NCBI GenBank assembly: GCA_965112735.1
Contig: OZ218951.1
Coordinates: 5,828,001 to 5,892,000 of the forward strand
From: Phaeosaccion multiseriatum
Lineage: Eukaryota; Protista; Ochrophyta, other classes
Length of the DNA stretch: 64,000 nt
Direction of reading: 5' to 3'
The position numbers and the translations under genes are program-made. Within the stretch, counting starts at the first letter, position 1. The number at the start of each line of letters is the position of its first letter. Below the pieces are notes generated by a model, which did no database searches, had not been told where the DNA came from, and saw only the letters and a program-made list of their open reading frames with translations. Below, piece by piece: positions 1-12,279 of the stretch.

Positions 1-1289
1 TCGTGTGGAGCCTAGCGGAGCACACCGGCAAGAGGGGACGGACGGACGGACGGACGGACAGCGCAAAGAAGATACACAAGAGGAGGAGGAGCTTCTCTCC
101 TTTGCCCTCCTGCCCTCCCTCCGGCGCCGCAGTGTGACCGCCTTTGATGCATTGGGCATCACTTGTCGGTTACAAATAGACCCAACTCCTGGCTCTCGTA
201 TTCTTGCACATGGCCTTGCCGGGCCATTTGTGTAAGAGGGAGGAGTGGGCGTCGCCCCCTTCCCCCCTCGCCGATCGGGGGTGGGGCGAATTGGGCCTCT
301 GGACCCAAGCTGTACCACATGACCATGTAGATAGGCAGAGGGGTGCCCTCCCATCGGGGTCGGAGGGGCTCTCCTCCGCCCACACGGGACTCCCTCCCAT
401 GGGAGGAGACAAAAGCGACAAAAGCTTTTTAATATTACAATACGTAACCACCGAAATACTAAGCATGCGCAAGACAAACATGCCGTACATGTGCAGAGAG
501 GGCAGCGCATCGCGACAATCCTTTCCCCTTTTTCCTTGTGTAAGCCTCGCTGACCATCGTGAAACAAGAGATTACTATCATTTCATCAATTCATAATAAT
601 GAGGGCGTTCACGTGTGCCCCCTTGCCACACCCCTGCGGCCCTGCTGCCCTGCTGCCTTCCACTGCCTTCCCCTGCCGTCCCCTGTATACAAAGCGCTGA
701 CCATCCTCTAGTCCTTTAGCTCCTCCTTGCCCTTCTGACCATCCTTTAGTCCTTTAGCTCCTCCTTGTGCCCTTCAAGTCGGGCCACTGGTGGTGTACTC
801 TGTGGCCTGTTGTCTTGTCGCCCAGCCCCCCCCCCCCTTCCTCGACCGGCCTTCTCGACAAGAGATGCGATCATGCAAGACCCAGCAGCAGAGCAGCGGC
901 AGAAGGGGGGGAGGGCGAAGGGCGTTACACCACCCTCACCCCAACCCTTTCCTCCTTCTGCTGCTGCCGCTACCGCTGACGCTGGGCCATGCGTGTTTGA
1001 AAGATCAGAGGGCCTCGGAGAGGGAACAGTCTGCACTTCAAGTGCACGGACGCTGCTTTGCTTGTCCTGCTTGGGCATTCGTGCCCACCCACTTGTTTGC
1101 TTGCTTGAGAAGGAAACAAGCGGTGCTTGCCAAGAGAGGACAGGCCGTTACACTGGTCCCCCATGGGGTGTCCTCCCTTCCCATCCCTTCCCGCTGCTCC
1201 GACGGCAGGTATCACCAACTGCCGTGTCGCCAACTGCGGTGCAGCATCACCAACTGCTGTATCGCACCACCAAATTGCTGCATCACCAA

Positions 1290-2482
1290 CTAGGACTGCT
1301 GGAAGTAGATGCCCTGGTCCGCCACCCACGTGAGCAGAGCCTTATCCTGCCCCTGTGTCTTTGTGAAGCACGCCACCTCCTGCTGACCCACAATGGGGCA
1401 GCGAGGGCAGTTCTGATTGTTGAACATGTGCTTGGCGTCAGTGCCGAGTGCCCTTTGCGTGTCCTTGCTGGTGAGGTGCACGGGTGTGTCAATGACCCAC
1501 TCGTCGCCCTCTTCCTCCGCCCCTGCGCAGAGAGAGAGAGAGGAGAGGTGGTGAGGAAAGAGAAAGGGATAGAGGAAGAGGCGGATGACAGTACACCTCA
1601 CACCTCACATATTGCCCACCTTGCCCACCTTACCTTCGCAGCCGACGATCCAATCGTCCCCCCCGTCCCCGTCTCCCCCCTCTCCGAAGGCGGACACCTC
1701 CTGGTGCCTGGTGAGGGGGCTCTTGAAGAGGTGTGTGTGCAGGTTCTTGCCGGTGCTTGCGTGCTCAAGCCTCACTACAGACCCGCACTTCACGGGCTCG
1801 CCCTGGGAAGGGGGGGATACACGTAAATTTAGGCAGGAAGATGGGTTGGCAAGGGCCGTAGTCGGACGGGTGTGGTATACAAAGGGTGTCAAGAGGAGGG
1901 AGGAGGGAAGGGAGACTGGGATCGGCGGCCGCAAGAGGCCACATGAGCACATCCGCAATGGACGCACTCACTCACTCACCACCTCGCAGGGGAACGCTGC
2001 GTGCGCCTCCTTGACGAGCCACAGAGAGCTCTGATCGTCGGTGCCCCCGTGAGCAGTCACGCTCTGCTGCCCGCTGCCGCTACCCCACTTGATGCCATGG
2101 CTGTGCAAGTTGAAGCCAGTGGCCTTGTGTTTGAGCTTGATAACGCTTCCGCACGTCACGTGAACTGCATGGGTGGGTGGGTCAGGTGAGGGAGGGGGGC
2201 GGGGTCGAGAGCGTGGGGTTAGGTTAGCGGGGGTTAGAGCGGGCCCTCGCGTGTTTCCGTATCACTATTACCACCACCAACACCACCAGAAGCAGTAGTA
2301 GCAGCAGCAGTAGCAGCAGCAGAGCTTGTGCCACTGGGATCTCCTTCTCTCCTTCCTCCCTCCCCCTTCCTCGTTCCTCCTCCTTCCTTGCTCTTCATCC
2401 TCCCATTCTCACCTTCCCCTGAAGACCACCCTGCACAGCCCGCTAGCACAAGCGCTGCTGTTGTCAAACCAGCCGTTTTCAT
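1290..2482 (-). CDS. SDF2: Stromal cell-derived factor 2-like MIR-domain ER protein (about 4 exons)
   Basis: Exons read MKTAGLTTAALVLAGCAG (signal peptide), VTCGSVIKLKHKATGFNLHSHGIKWGSGSGQQSVT, VKCGSVVRLEHASTGKNLHTHLFKSPLTRHQEVSAFG and PIVGQQEV...WVADQGIYF*, matching SDF2 MIR repeats. Confidence 0.92.
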
Positions 2483-2754
2483 CTTTATTGATGAGCTGAT
2501 GACCTGCCTCGTGTAAAAAAAGTGGCTAAAAATTATGTCAACGGATCACACACACCCTGATGGCGCCAATTCCGTCACAACTTCCCGTCTTTCGTCCCGC
2601 TGCCCCCTTGCTCCACTCCACACTCGCATGTGATCAAATGGTCTGAGTCCTTTTCTCCTTTCCGGTCTTTAATTCTACTCAGCTGCGAACCAGAGAGAAG
2701 GATTTAAAGCCAGAGAGGGTGGCGGTCACCCTCTTCAGTTAGGAGAAGCCTACC

Positions 2755-3078
2755 ATGGTATCCCTTGCTGCTGCTGTCACATCTCGTGCCGCTGCTGCTG
2801 TGGAGAGGCAGGTGTCTAGCCACGGCGTCAAGATCGCCCTCCGGCACTGGGGTGGTGGGAGTGGGGGAGGACGTGGGGATGGGGGCAATGGCAGTGGGGC
2901 CATGACTGGCAAGCGGCGCATCCTCGCGCTGCACGGGTGGCTGGACAACGCGGCCACGTTTGAAATGCTCGGACCGGCCTTGGCAGAGGTGAGCAGCCGT
3001 CTAAGGCAGGAAGAAGAAGGGCTTGGGGGAGTGAGGCTGGGCGGGGCTGAGTTGTGTGTGTCTGTGTGTGTGTGTGTG

Positions 3079-3109
<31 letters not shown>

Positions 3110-3112
3110 GTC

Positions 3113-3146
<34 letters not shown>

Positions 3147-5761
3147 CGTGTGTGTGTGTAGATACGTAGGGTCTGAGCTAGACCCAGTACGCCGCGAAAG
3201 GCGGGCTGATTGCTGGGGCCTGACTACTTGTCGCCTCCCCTCCCCCCCCCCTCTCTCTCCCTCTCTCTCTCTTCGGATACGTGTGTGGGCCCCAAGGACG
3301 GGTACGAAGTCGTAGCCATGGACTTCCCAGGCCATGGACAGTCCGGCAGAGCCGGACCCAACTCTTGGTACGCCTTCATCGAGATGGTAAGTAAGCAAGC
3401 GAGTGGGCAGTCAATCAGGGAGCGATTCAGCGAGGGAATGAATGAAGCCGAGGTCGAGTCGGGGGGAAGTTCAATTCGCGCAGCAGCGGGGAGAACATCA
3501 AATCGAGCAGCGACAGCAGCACGAGCAGTAGCGGCAGATAGGAGATGGAGCTTGGGGTGTGTGTGTAAATGTTCCGCGCACTCGACCTCCCCCTCCTGAC
3601 CCCTAGCTCCCCCCTCTGTGCCCCCCATGTAGGCAGATGTAGTGATGGAGGTCCTGGAGCAGCTTGGTTGGAGCGAGGGCTTCTCTCTCCTCGGACACAG
3701 CATGGGCGGAGGTACGTTCGGCCCGTGGCGTCAGAGCAAGGAGAAAGAGCGAGGAGGGAGCGAGGGGGGGGGGGGGAAGAAGAGGGGAGGAGGAGCGAAG
3801 GAGCGCGAGGGACGGGGGAGCATATCTATGGACCGAAGTGGTGTTGTGTCTCTCTCCTTGAGATCTTGCACAAGACGTGGCCTTACAGGGCGTCTTGCCC
3901 AGCATGTGAGCCATTTGTAGAGGCTGCTTTGTCATCAACAGCTGTCCCACCAACCGCAGCCCTCCCTCGCTGACTCTCTCGCCTTGCCTTCAGGAGTGGC
4001 CACGCTGGTGGCGGGGACCTACCCGGATAAGGTGAGAGGAAGCCACCCATCCGCTGCCATCTTCTATCTTGCATTGCTTCCAGTTGGGCAGGCTCTCGCA
4101 TCTCACCACATGTACATCCGGGATTGAAACTCCTCCTCCTCCTCCTCCTCCTCCTCCTCCTCCCCCTCCCCCTCCCCCTCCTCCTCCTCCGCCTCCCCCC
4201 CACCCCCCTCCTCCTCTGCTCCTCCTCTTTTCTCCCCCGCAGGTGACTCGCTGCATCATGCTGGACTCCTTAGGCCCCATGACGCTTCCCTCCGAAGACG
4301 CCCCCTCCCTCCTCAAGAGGGGCATTGAGGCGCGGCGGAAGGTCCGCGAAGTGCTTGCCAGGAGCGAGGACGGGCGTATGGGTCTGGAGTGGCCGAGCTT
4401 GGACTCGTGCGTCAAGGCTCGCGTCGGCGCCGCAACCTCCATGCCAGGCTCTCAGACCCTCAGCTAGTAAGTCAGTGAGGCGACCCTCGGCCTCAGCTCG
4501 TCGTAAGTCAGTGGGTAGTGTACGTTTTTAATTGCCTCACCCCTCTTCCTCTGTATCACCAACTGCTGACCCTGACGCCGAACCTAACAACCTAACCTCA
4601 ACCCTGCCCCTGTATCACCAACTGGTGTCCCTGACCGCGCAACTCAGCGCTGCGGCGGAGAAGCTCATGTTGCGCGGCACACGCCGGGCATCCCCGGGGG
4701 GAACAGGTTTCTTCGTCACGAGCGACCCCCGGCTCAAGTGCTACAGCCTGCAGTACTTTAGCGAGGAGTCCATCCTTGCGTGGCTACGGGCAATCAAGGT
4801 GAGAGAGGGGGGGGGGGGAGGGAGGGAGGGAGGGAGGAAGGGAGGGAGGGAGGGAGGGAGGGAGGGAGGGAGGGAGGGGGGGGGGGGTGAAAGGGAAAAG
4901 GGCCAGGGAAGGTCGTCCTGCCCCAGGCCCATGCAATGCTGCTGCTGCTGCCTCCCCCCTCCCCTCCTACCCGGTGCCCGTCAGTGCTCGTCCCCTGGCG
5001 GTTCTGACCAACCCCTCCTCTTTGCTCCCTCCCCAATCACATCGCCCCATACTTGCCCTGCCTGCCCCCCTGGGATGCGCCATCCCACCCCTCCTCTCCC
5101 CTCCCCCCCACCACTGCCCAGTGTCCGTGCCTGTGCCTGATGGCAGCGGACGGATTGCCATTTGTGAGTCCTCTGAATGAAAAGCGCAAGGACGTCCTCA
5201 GAGCCAACCCCCTGTGCTCTATGGCGCTGCTGCCGGGCTCGCACCACTTCCATCTTGACGAAGACTCCGCCCCCGAGGTCATTCGAAGAGTCAAGGTATG
5301 TACGGGAGTACGGAGTACGGGCCTCTGTATACGATACGCCATCTGTGATATCCATGTGTTGCCAACTGTGCAGTGGCAGAGTTGCGTCAATCCCTCCCGT
5401 GGGTTATGCATGCGTTCTCCTCTCCGCCTGTCTGTCTGTCAGTCAGTCAGTCTGTCTGTCTGTCTTTCTGTCTGTCTTTCTGCCTGTCTGTCAGTCTGTC
5501 TGCCTGTCTGCCTGTCTGTCTGTCCGTGTCTGTCTGTCTGTCTGTCTGTCTGACTGTCTCTGCCCACTGCTGGCCGGGGGTGCTGTCTGATGCTGGCGGA
5601 TCTGAGCCACTCCGACCCTGACCGTGACCCTGACCCTGACCCTGACCCCGACAACCCCGACCCTGACTCTGACCCTGACTCTGACCCTGATCCTCCTGAT
5701 CCTGGCTCTGACCCTGACCCCGCCACTGTCGTCCTCGCAGGACTTCCTTGCGAGCAGCTGA
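2755..5761 (+). CDS. Alpha/beta hydrolase, serine hydrolase-like (SERHL type), multi-exon
   Basis: Motifs LALHGWLDNAATF, VAMDFPGHGQS, LGHSMGG (nucleophile elbow) and LPGSHHFHLD lie in successive GT-AG exons. The last exon DFLASS* at 5741-5761 is inferred. Confidence 0.85.
3053..3160. repeat. (GT)n microsatellite in intron
   Basis: Directly visible. Similar intronic tracts lie at about 5428-5560 (CTGT), 26535-26570, 32207-32283 (CA), 32500-32617 and 39880-40030 (TCAC). Confidence 0.95.
5615..5720. repeat. (CCCTGA)n degenerate hexamer repeat
   Basis: ccctgaccctga array in the last hydrolase intron. The same unit recurs at about 28250-28345. Confidence 0.85.
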
Positions 5762-6237
5762 TAAGCTGAGCTGAGCTGAGCAGCTGGCTGAAGAAAAGCC
5801 CTTGGACCAGCAGGCGAAGACGCATCACTCGACTCCTGTCACTCACCCCTTGCCGCTCACCAAGGCTTCTGAGTACTGAGAGGCCCTTTGAGCCGTCAGA
5901 GAGAGAGCAGAGAGGGGGGCTGGGCTGCTGCTCTCTTCCCCTCCAAAGGGGGCGCGTTCTCTAAACTTTTTTATACTCCTGTACAAAAGCGTGCTCCATT
6001 CCACTCAGTAAAATGAAAAAGAGAACAGCACTCCTTATCGACGAGCAAGCCTTTGCTGAGAGAGGCTCAAATGACGCCATCTGTGCTTTGGAGAACAACA
6101 CTCCAACGGAACACGACGACCGTTGGGGATGGATGGGATGGATGGCTCGCCCCGGCGAAATTCACTTCACGAATTCACGAGTCACCATAAGGAGAAGAAG
6201 GGGGAGGAATCTTACCTCCTGCCCCCTTCACCACCAC

Positions 6238-7937
6238 ATGCCTCCTGATGCTGAAGCCCAGGAGGGTGGGGAGGGTGCGGCTGACAATGAACTCCTGCAG
6301 CCAAACAAAATGGAGACTGTTCTGCTGCTTGTGGCGCACCTCTTCTCTTGCCCCGACATGTGGGCTCTGTCGAAGGTCATCGACGCCGTGGCATACCGTG
6401 GAGTGGTGAGTGCACATATGACGCACGAGTATCTCTCCTGTTTTTTCTGTTGTTTCGTTCTTTTCTTTCTTTCTCTTTTTCTTTCATAGTACTTTCTTTC
6501 TTTCGTTTCGTTCTTTCTTTCTGCACCACGCCAGCCACCTGCCTGTTCACAGCTCCTCCCCCCAAACGCACTCCTAGCCTTTCTATGCATCTTGTCTTTT
6601 GACCTCTCCCTCCTCCTCTCCTCCTCTCCTCCTCTCCTCCTGACACCTTGTCACTGGCTCCTGCAAAGACGATGCACCGGTTCATCCCCTGGGTCCCTCG
6701 CCAAGGCCTCCTGCAAGCCATCGCCAACAGCGACCCACGCGTGGGCTTCCCTGTGACCCAACTGCGGCTGGGTATGACGCAGACCGAGATGGACAATCTG
6801 CTGGAGCAGGAGCCGGACAAGGAGGTTGGAGAGACGGATGACTTCGTGCAACAAGCCCTGGAGACTTGCCAGCCCTCCGTCCGGACAGTCAAAGTCGCCT
6901 CCTACATCAATCAGGAGCTCCACTTTCCTTTGGGAGGGACGCTCCGCTCCCTCATCTTCGAGGAAGACCTCACGCCTGTGAGTAACGAGAGATTGTCTTT
7001 CGTTTATGGTGGATGGGGTGGCGCTTTAGCCAAATGCAGTGCTTCGCAAGCGTCTTCGCGCACCAGCTCTTCCTGCCCCTCCTGCTGAGGCTACTGCTCT
7101 CTCCCCCTCCCTCGAATCTCTTCCAGTCTGCCTTCTTTGAAGCTTTGCCCAGTGGCCGTCCTCTCCTTTTCTTCTCATTCATTCCACCTGCCAGCAGCAC
7201 CTTCGCAGCACCAACACGCGTCGAGCGTCCCACTCATCGCCAAGGCTAACCCCCCCCCCCCCCTTCCCTTCTGCCCGAAACAATGACCACGGCAGAGTCA
7301 GCACCGTGCGCCCATCACCCTCCCCCAGGAGGGCCTGGAGGTGCTGAAGCTCCCTTTCTTCTACGATCATCCGGTGAAGCTGCCCATGTCCCTCAGGGAG
7401 TGCCACTTTTCTGACATGTTCAATCAGCCCCTGACCTTGCCCCCCGGGAACAGCCTGCAGGTGAGGGCACGGACAGTCAGGTACTATGTCCGTAGGGTGC
7501 CATATGGTTGCCGGCCGTGTCTGCTTGCATCTACAAGCCTGTTGCTCCTTCTCCCTACTATCGCGATTCTCACAACCTTCGCGCTGCTCCTCCACCTCCT
7601 CTGTCTCCTTCTCCTCTCTCAGTCGCTATCCTTTGGATACGCTTTCAACCAGGCTTTGGACGACCTGCCGTCCTGCCATTGCCTTCGCAGCCTCTCCTTT
7701 GGCCATGCTTTCAACAAAAGCATCGCGCTGCCCAGAGGCCTGCTGAGGTTGGCATTCGGAGGCATGTTCGGCCAGCGAGTGGCCTTCCCGCCAGGCCTGG
7801 AGAGGGTCTCCTTCCCTCTGCACCCGTTATTCGACCTGCGCAGGGCTACTATTGGGGCGTGCACGCCACCGGGTGCCGTGGAAGTGGCGGTCAGCAATCG
7901 GGTCTCCAACGAGAAGATCTTGACGTTCCACTACTGA
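6238..7937 (+). CDS. FNIP-repeat protein with F-box-like N-terminus, multi-exon
   Basis: Repeats FYDHPVKLP, MFNQPLTLPPG, SLSFGYAFNQALDDLP and SLSFGHAFNKSIALP. N-terminal VLLLVAHLFSCPDMWALSKV is weakly F-box-like. Confidence 0.75.
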
Positions 7938-8431
7938 GTTCGATACTTCGATACTTCAGGATCTTACTGTATGTATTGCATCTGTGTGTGCGTGCGGTTT
8001 GTTTTGAACGAGTGTGAAGGAGTGCCACCCCTGAAAGGCACTCCCACCCCATAACACACTCGCCTCACTTGGCAGCGACGGGGCTGAATGTGCCCTTCCC
8101 CCTCCCCCCCCCCCCCAACACACACATGCACATCCAAACCCACACCCACACCCGAACCCGCACACACACCCAACCACAAACATGCACACACACACACACA
8201 CACACACTTACGTGGCAAAAACAAGATGGACCACGGCCAAACCTTGAATACATAAATTCTACACGTTAATTTGGATTCCAGTACTCTGCTGGAGCCAACA
8301 TAGCGTCCCCTCCTCTCCCCCCCCCCCCCCGCTGCTGTATCACCAACTGCTACTGCTGCACCCTCCACCCACCAACCGCTTTGCACTGTATGTACGTAGC
8401 CCTCTCCCCTCTCGCTCACACCGCTTCCTTC

Positions 8432-10720
8432 CTACCTCCACCAAGGAGCCCCGGCATCGATGCGCACATCCTCCCCCTCCTCCCCGTCCTCTCCCCAAGG
8501 GAAGGCCAGGCTCGAGCAGTGCAGCCCCAAAGTCAGTGACATATCCCCGTACAGCGCCACGCACGAGTCGTCTGTTTCCGGGTTGCCATCATGCACCATC
8601 CCCACCACGCCCTCGTAGCGCGTGTCCCCCACCACGCCGTGCCCCAGCGCCGCCATTTGTAAGCGGATCTGATGTGTGCGCCCCGTCACCAGCCGGACTT
8701 CACTCTCCCACCGCTGCTTCTTTACACGTTGGTCCTTTCCCTCCTCCCCCTCCTCCTCTTCCTCCTCCTCCTCCTTCTTGTCCTTCTTCTTCTTGTTCAC
8801 CTTCTCCCCCTCCTCTTCTCCGTTCTTCTCCTGTTCCTCCTGCTCAAGCTTGGTCACGCTCAGGACCTCCATCTCCGCGAGCTGCCATCCCTCCTCACAC
8901 TCGCCCTCTCCGGCCGGAAAGTAAATGCGAGGGGGGCCTGCAAGCTTCTTCTTGGGGCGGCACCAGTGCTTGACCGTCCCCAGGGGGGGCGGCTCGTCTC
9001 CCTCTGTGTAGACATGGTAAGTCTTGTGGACCTTGTTGGCCATAATGAGCTTGCCCAGCTTCCCGGCTGCCCAGGAGGAGCGGGCAAGAAGCAGCACCCC
9101 GGATGTGGGCACATCGAGCCTGGCCACCGCTGCCAGCTCCTCGCCCAGAGCGAGGCTCGCCTGAGTGGAGGCATATGGGGACGGGGAGGGGGGATGCGGT
9201 TGTCAGCGGCAGATCAATGCAGAGAAGAGAGGAGAGAGAGAGAGACATACTCACACAGAGAGATGGGGAGAGGGACAGAGGGGGAGAGAGACAGAGGGTG
9301 GGACTCTCCCTTGTTTATGTCGTTTTGTTATAAAGAGACCCCCTTGAGGAATGAGAAACAGCATGGCCAGGGGGTGGAACTGAATGGAATGATCTTTAAT
9401 GCTTCCACACACCCCACCCAGCACCGCACACGCGCCCACGCGCCCCACCTGGGTCATCGCGCACTCCAGACCGTTATCCACACTCGGGGTGGAGGGGACC
9501 CCGGCGGGCTTGTTGACCGCCACGAAGCCTTTGTCACCCCCGCCCTCCAACAGGATGCGCTTACGCCACTCCTCCAGAGGCCCCACTTCGTATCTAAAGC
9601 GACGGGAGACCAACGGATAGGAGCAGGAGAGAGGCGCAAGAGAGGAGAGAAGGAGAGGAGCAAGAGAGGGGTGACAGAGGAGAAGAAGAAGTGTGAGAGA
9701 GGACAAACAGGTGTGTTCTTGTGCTGGCCCGAGCGGAAGCAGGAGGGGCTCACCGAAGTCGACAACACATGGGGGATTGTTTGTGCTATTCGATTGATTG
9801 CTCTGGGCCGTGGAAAGCAAATATATAGGACCCCAGAGAGGTGCAAATCGGTCCGAGAGGAGCAATAACACGACGCTCACTGCCCGTACCACATACATGC
9901 AAGGGTCAGGGGCCGTGAGGTACTGTTCCTCCTTCCCCACTCCTGCACGCCGTAGCATTTCCCCCTCCCTCTTTCCCCTCCCATGTGCTCTCCCTTCCTC
10001 TTTTCGTCCTTCGCTCCCTCCGTCCCTCCTGACCCACCTGGAGGGCTGCGAGTGCAGTCTAAAGTAGGTGCCTTTGACTATGGCCAGCATGCCCTCCTCC
10101 AGCTCGTCCAGCCGCGCCCCGGTCACGCGCTGCACCTTGCTCAGAGAGAACGGAAGGTTCGCAGTGCTCTTGTCGGCAGGGTGAGGGGCGGAGGAGGAGG
10201 GGGAGGAGGGGGGCGAGGCCGGCCGTGGTCGCTTCTTGGCCTTCCTTTTGTTGCCGGCCAAGGCCCCCGGACTGGCCTCCGGCTGGATGGAGGCCGTAAA
10301 TACAGAGCCGAGGGCCAGGAGCTCCTTCACCCGCTCATTCGGCAACTGGCACTCTTCTGTGAGCAGCTGCGAGACCGGCACGTGCGCGTCCTTGTGCAGA
10401 GCCACGTGAAAAACCCCGTCCAAGAGCTGCGTGGTGCAGGCCTGGCCCTCCGCGCGGGGCCCGTCCATCATGGCCGCCATGAGGGACACATGCGACGCCT
10501 TCTTCTCGCTCTTCCACTTGTGGAGAATGCCTGCATTGTTGGAAGCCCCGGCGGTATCCCTGCTGCTGCCACTGGAGGATCCTCGGCCAGCCATGGGCCT
10601 GCCCCTCCTGGGCAAGTGTGATAAAACGAAGCCCGCTGAAGAGACCCTAAGTCCAGAGGAGCGACAGAGGGGAAGGAACACTGCTGCAGCGGAGGGAAGC
10701 AGCAGTACCGGGACGTGCAT
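8432..10720 (-). CDS. RluA/RluD-family RNA pseudouridine synthase (about 3 exons)
   Basis: Motifs VAVNKPAGVPS, ARLDVPTSGVLLLA (catalytic Asp), VTGRTHQIRLQMAALGHGVVGDTRY and LHC. The start at MHVPVLLL (10720) is tentative. Confidence 0.88.
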
Positions 10721-11360
10721 ACCACATTCACGGTCTCGGGAGGGGCTTGTTGGTGTGGTGTGTGATGTGCGGGTGTTAAAAGCCCCCGTTTCGTCATTCA
10801 TTCCTTATTTTTTTTTTTTTTCCATCCCTGATGCACTACAACTGTATCCGCTACCCGCTATCGCCGGCGCCAGCCGATCCGCTATCCGCTATCGAGAATG
10901 TGGGCGATAGTGCATCAGGGGTTGATTATTTATAAGGCTCACCGCCACGCCTGTATAAACGTCTCGCGGAGGTGGCCCTTCCGTATCGCGGGCGGCTCCA
11001 CCCCTACGGACGTGAACACGTCGACGCCGTCTGATGCCATCCAGGGACGAAAAGGGTGGTGGAGAATGATCAGGGTGCATGGCGCTGGTGTAAAGAGTCA
11101 TGTTGCTGTCCACCTAGGATAGGACTAGATGCATGGACGAGGTAATAGCAACCAGCAACCCCAAAGCCAGCCTGGCAGCCGGCCTTGTCTCTATCAGCTT
11201 TTTCCCTGAGCCATCCTAAACGAGCGACCAACCTGCTGGGAGGTGAGTGAAAGCCACCCTTTCTCACCGTATCTGCCTGGGCCTGGGCCATTGACATAAT
11301 ACTGACTTGCAACACTCGGGCCGAGGTGGGCTAGGTTCGCCTGGCCGTCGGCACGTACGT

Positions 11361-11698
11361 TGTCCATGTACAAGGAGAACACGTGCGAAATGAACGAGAA
11401 GGACTTCCGCGCCAAGGTCATCGGAGCCCACGTGCATGGAGGAGTCAAGAGGCGGAGCGGCAAGACGATGAAGAAAGGAAAGGGAAGGAACAGGGACAGC
11501 TGGAGGAAGCCCGGGCGGGGCGTCTTTCTCCCGCTGCCCCTCTTCTTGCTTACCGTGCCTCTCTCTTCATCGTCTTGCCGCTCCGCTTCTTGACTCCTCC
11601 ATGCACATGCCCCCCCCCCGATGACCGATGACCTTGGCGTGGCGCGGAAGTCCGTCTCGTTCATTTCGCACGTGTTCTACTTTACTTGTACATGGACA
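11361..11698. repeat. Long imperfect inverted repeat (hairpin, about 340 nt)
   Basis: 11361-11473 is the reverse complement of 11564-11698 with small indels. The inner purine and pyrimidine tracts also pair loosely. Confidence 0.9.
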
Positions 11699-11722
11699 GA
11701 CAGCGCTTGTAGCTCCAGCGGG

Positions 11723-12232
11723 CAGTCCCCCCTCGACTGCCACCCCCCGCCCACTGTTGCCGCCACCGCCGCCGCCGCCGCCACCACTGGTGCTGCTGGC
11801 ATACTGTTGTTGCCCATATGACTGCCGCTGGTGGCGGTAGCAGGGGCGAACAAGCCTTTGACTTGCCCAACTCGTTCGGGCACCTATTCACAGCCCCCCT
11901 CACCCCGGGGGAAAGTCGAGGATGGGGTCAACGTGGACATCGATATCGATATCGACACCGCCGCCTCCTCCCCCCTCGGGATGGCCATGGCCGTTTCCGA
12001 GCTGCCGCTTCAAGCGATGCCCAAACAACCTCCATTGCCGCGCCAAGAAGCCCTGTTCCCCCTCCTCTTCCTCTTCCTCTTCCTCTTCCTCTTCCTCTCC
12101 CCCCTCCCTTCCTCCTTCTCTTGACCCCCCTCCTGGACATGGAAGCTCCACTCGTCCCCCTCGTCCTCCTCTGCTCCCTTCTACGCTGCTGCTCTGTCTC
12201 ACCGCCGACGCCGCCGCTGTCGCACCCTCCCC
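11723..12232. repeat. Chimeric direct duplication of two exonic segments of the adjacent BEACH gene
   Basis: About 11723-11884 matches about 12624-12776, and about 11884-12232 matches about 14577-14932. Confidence 0.9.
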
Positions 12233-12279
12233 TACCCCTGTTAAAGGCCACCGGGCGTAAAAGTCACGTCTATGTAAGG

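Noticed and set aside
697-776. Short tandem duplications (about 38 bp here; also about 24331-24435, 28729-28793 and 44830-44890)
   Set aside because: Two-copy local slippage events that are common in this window, with no sign of function.
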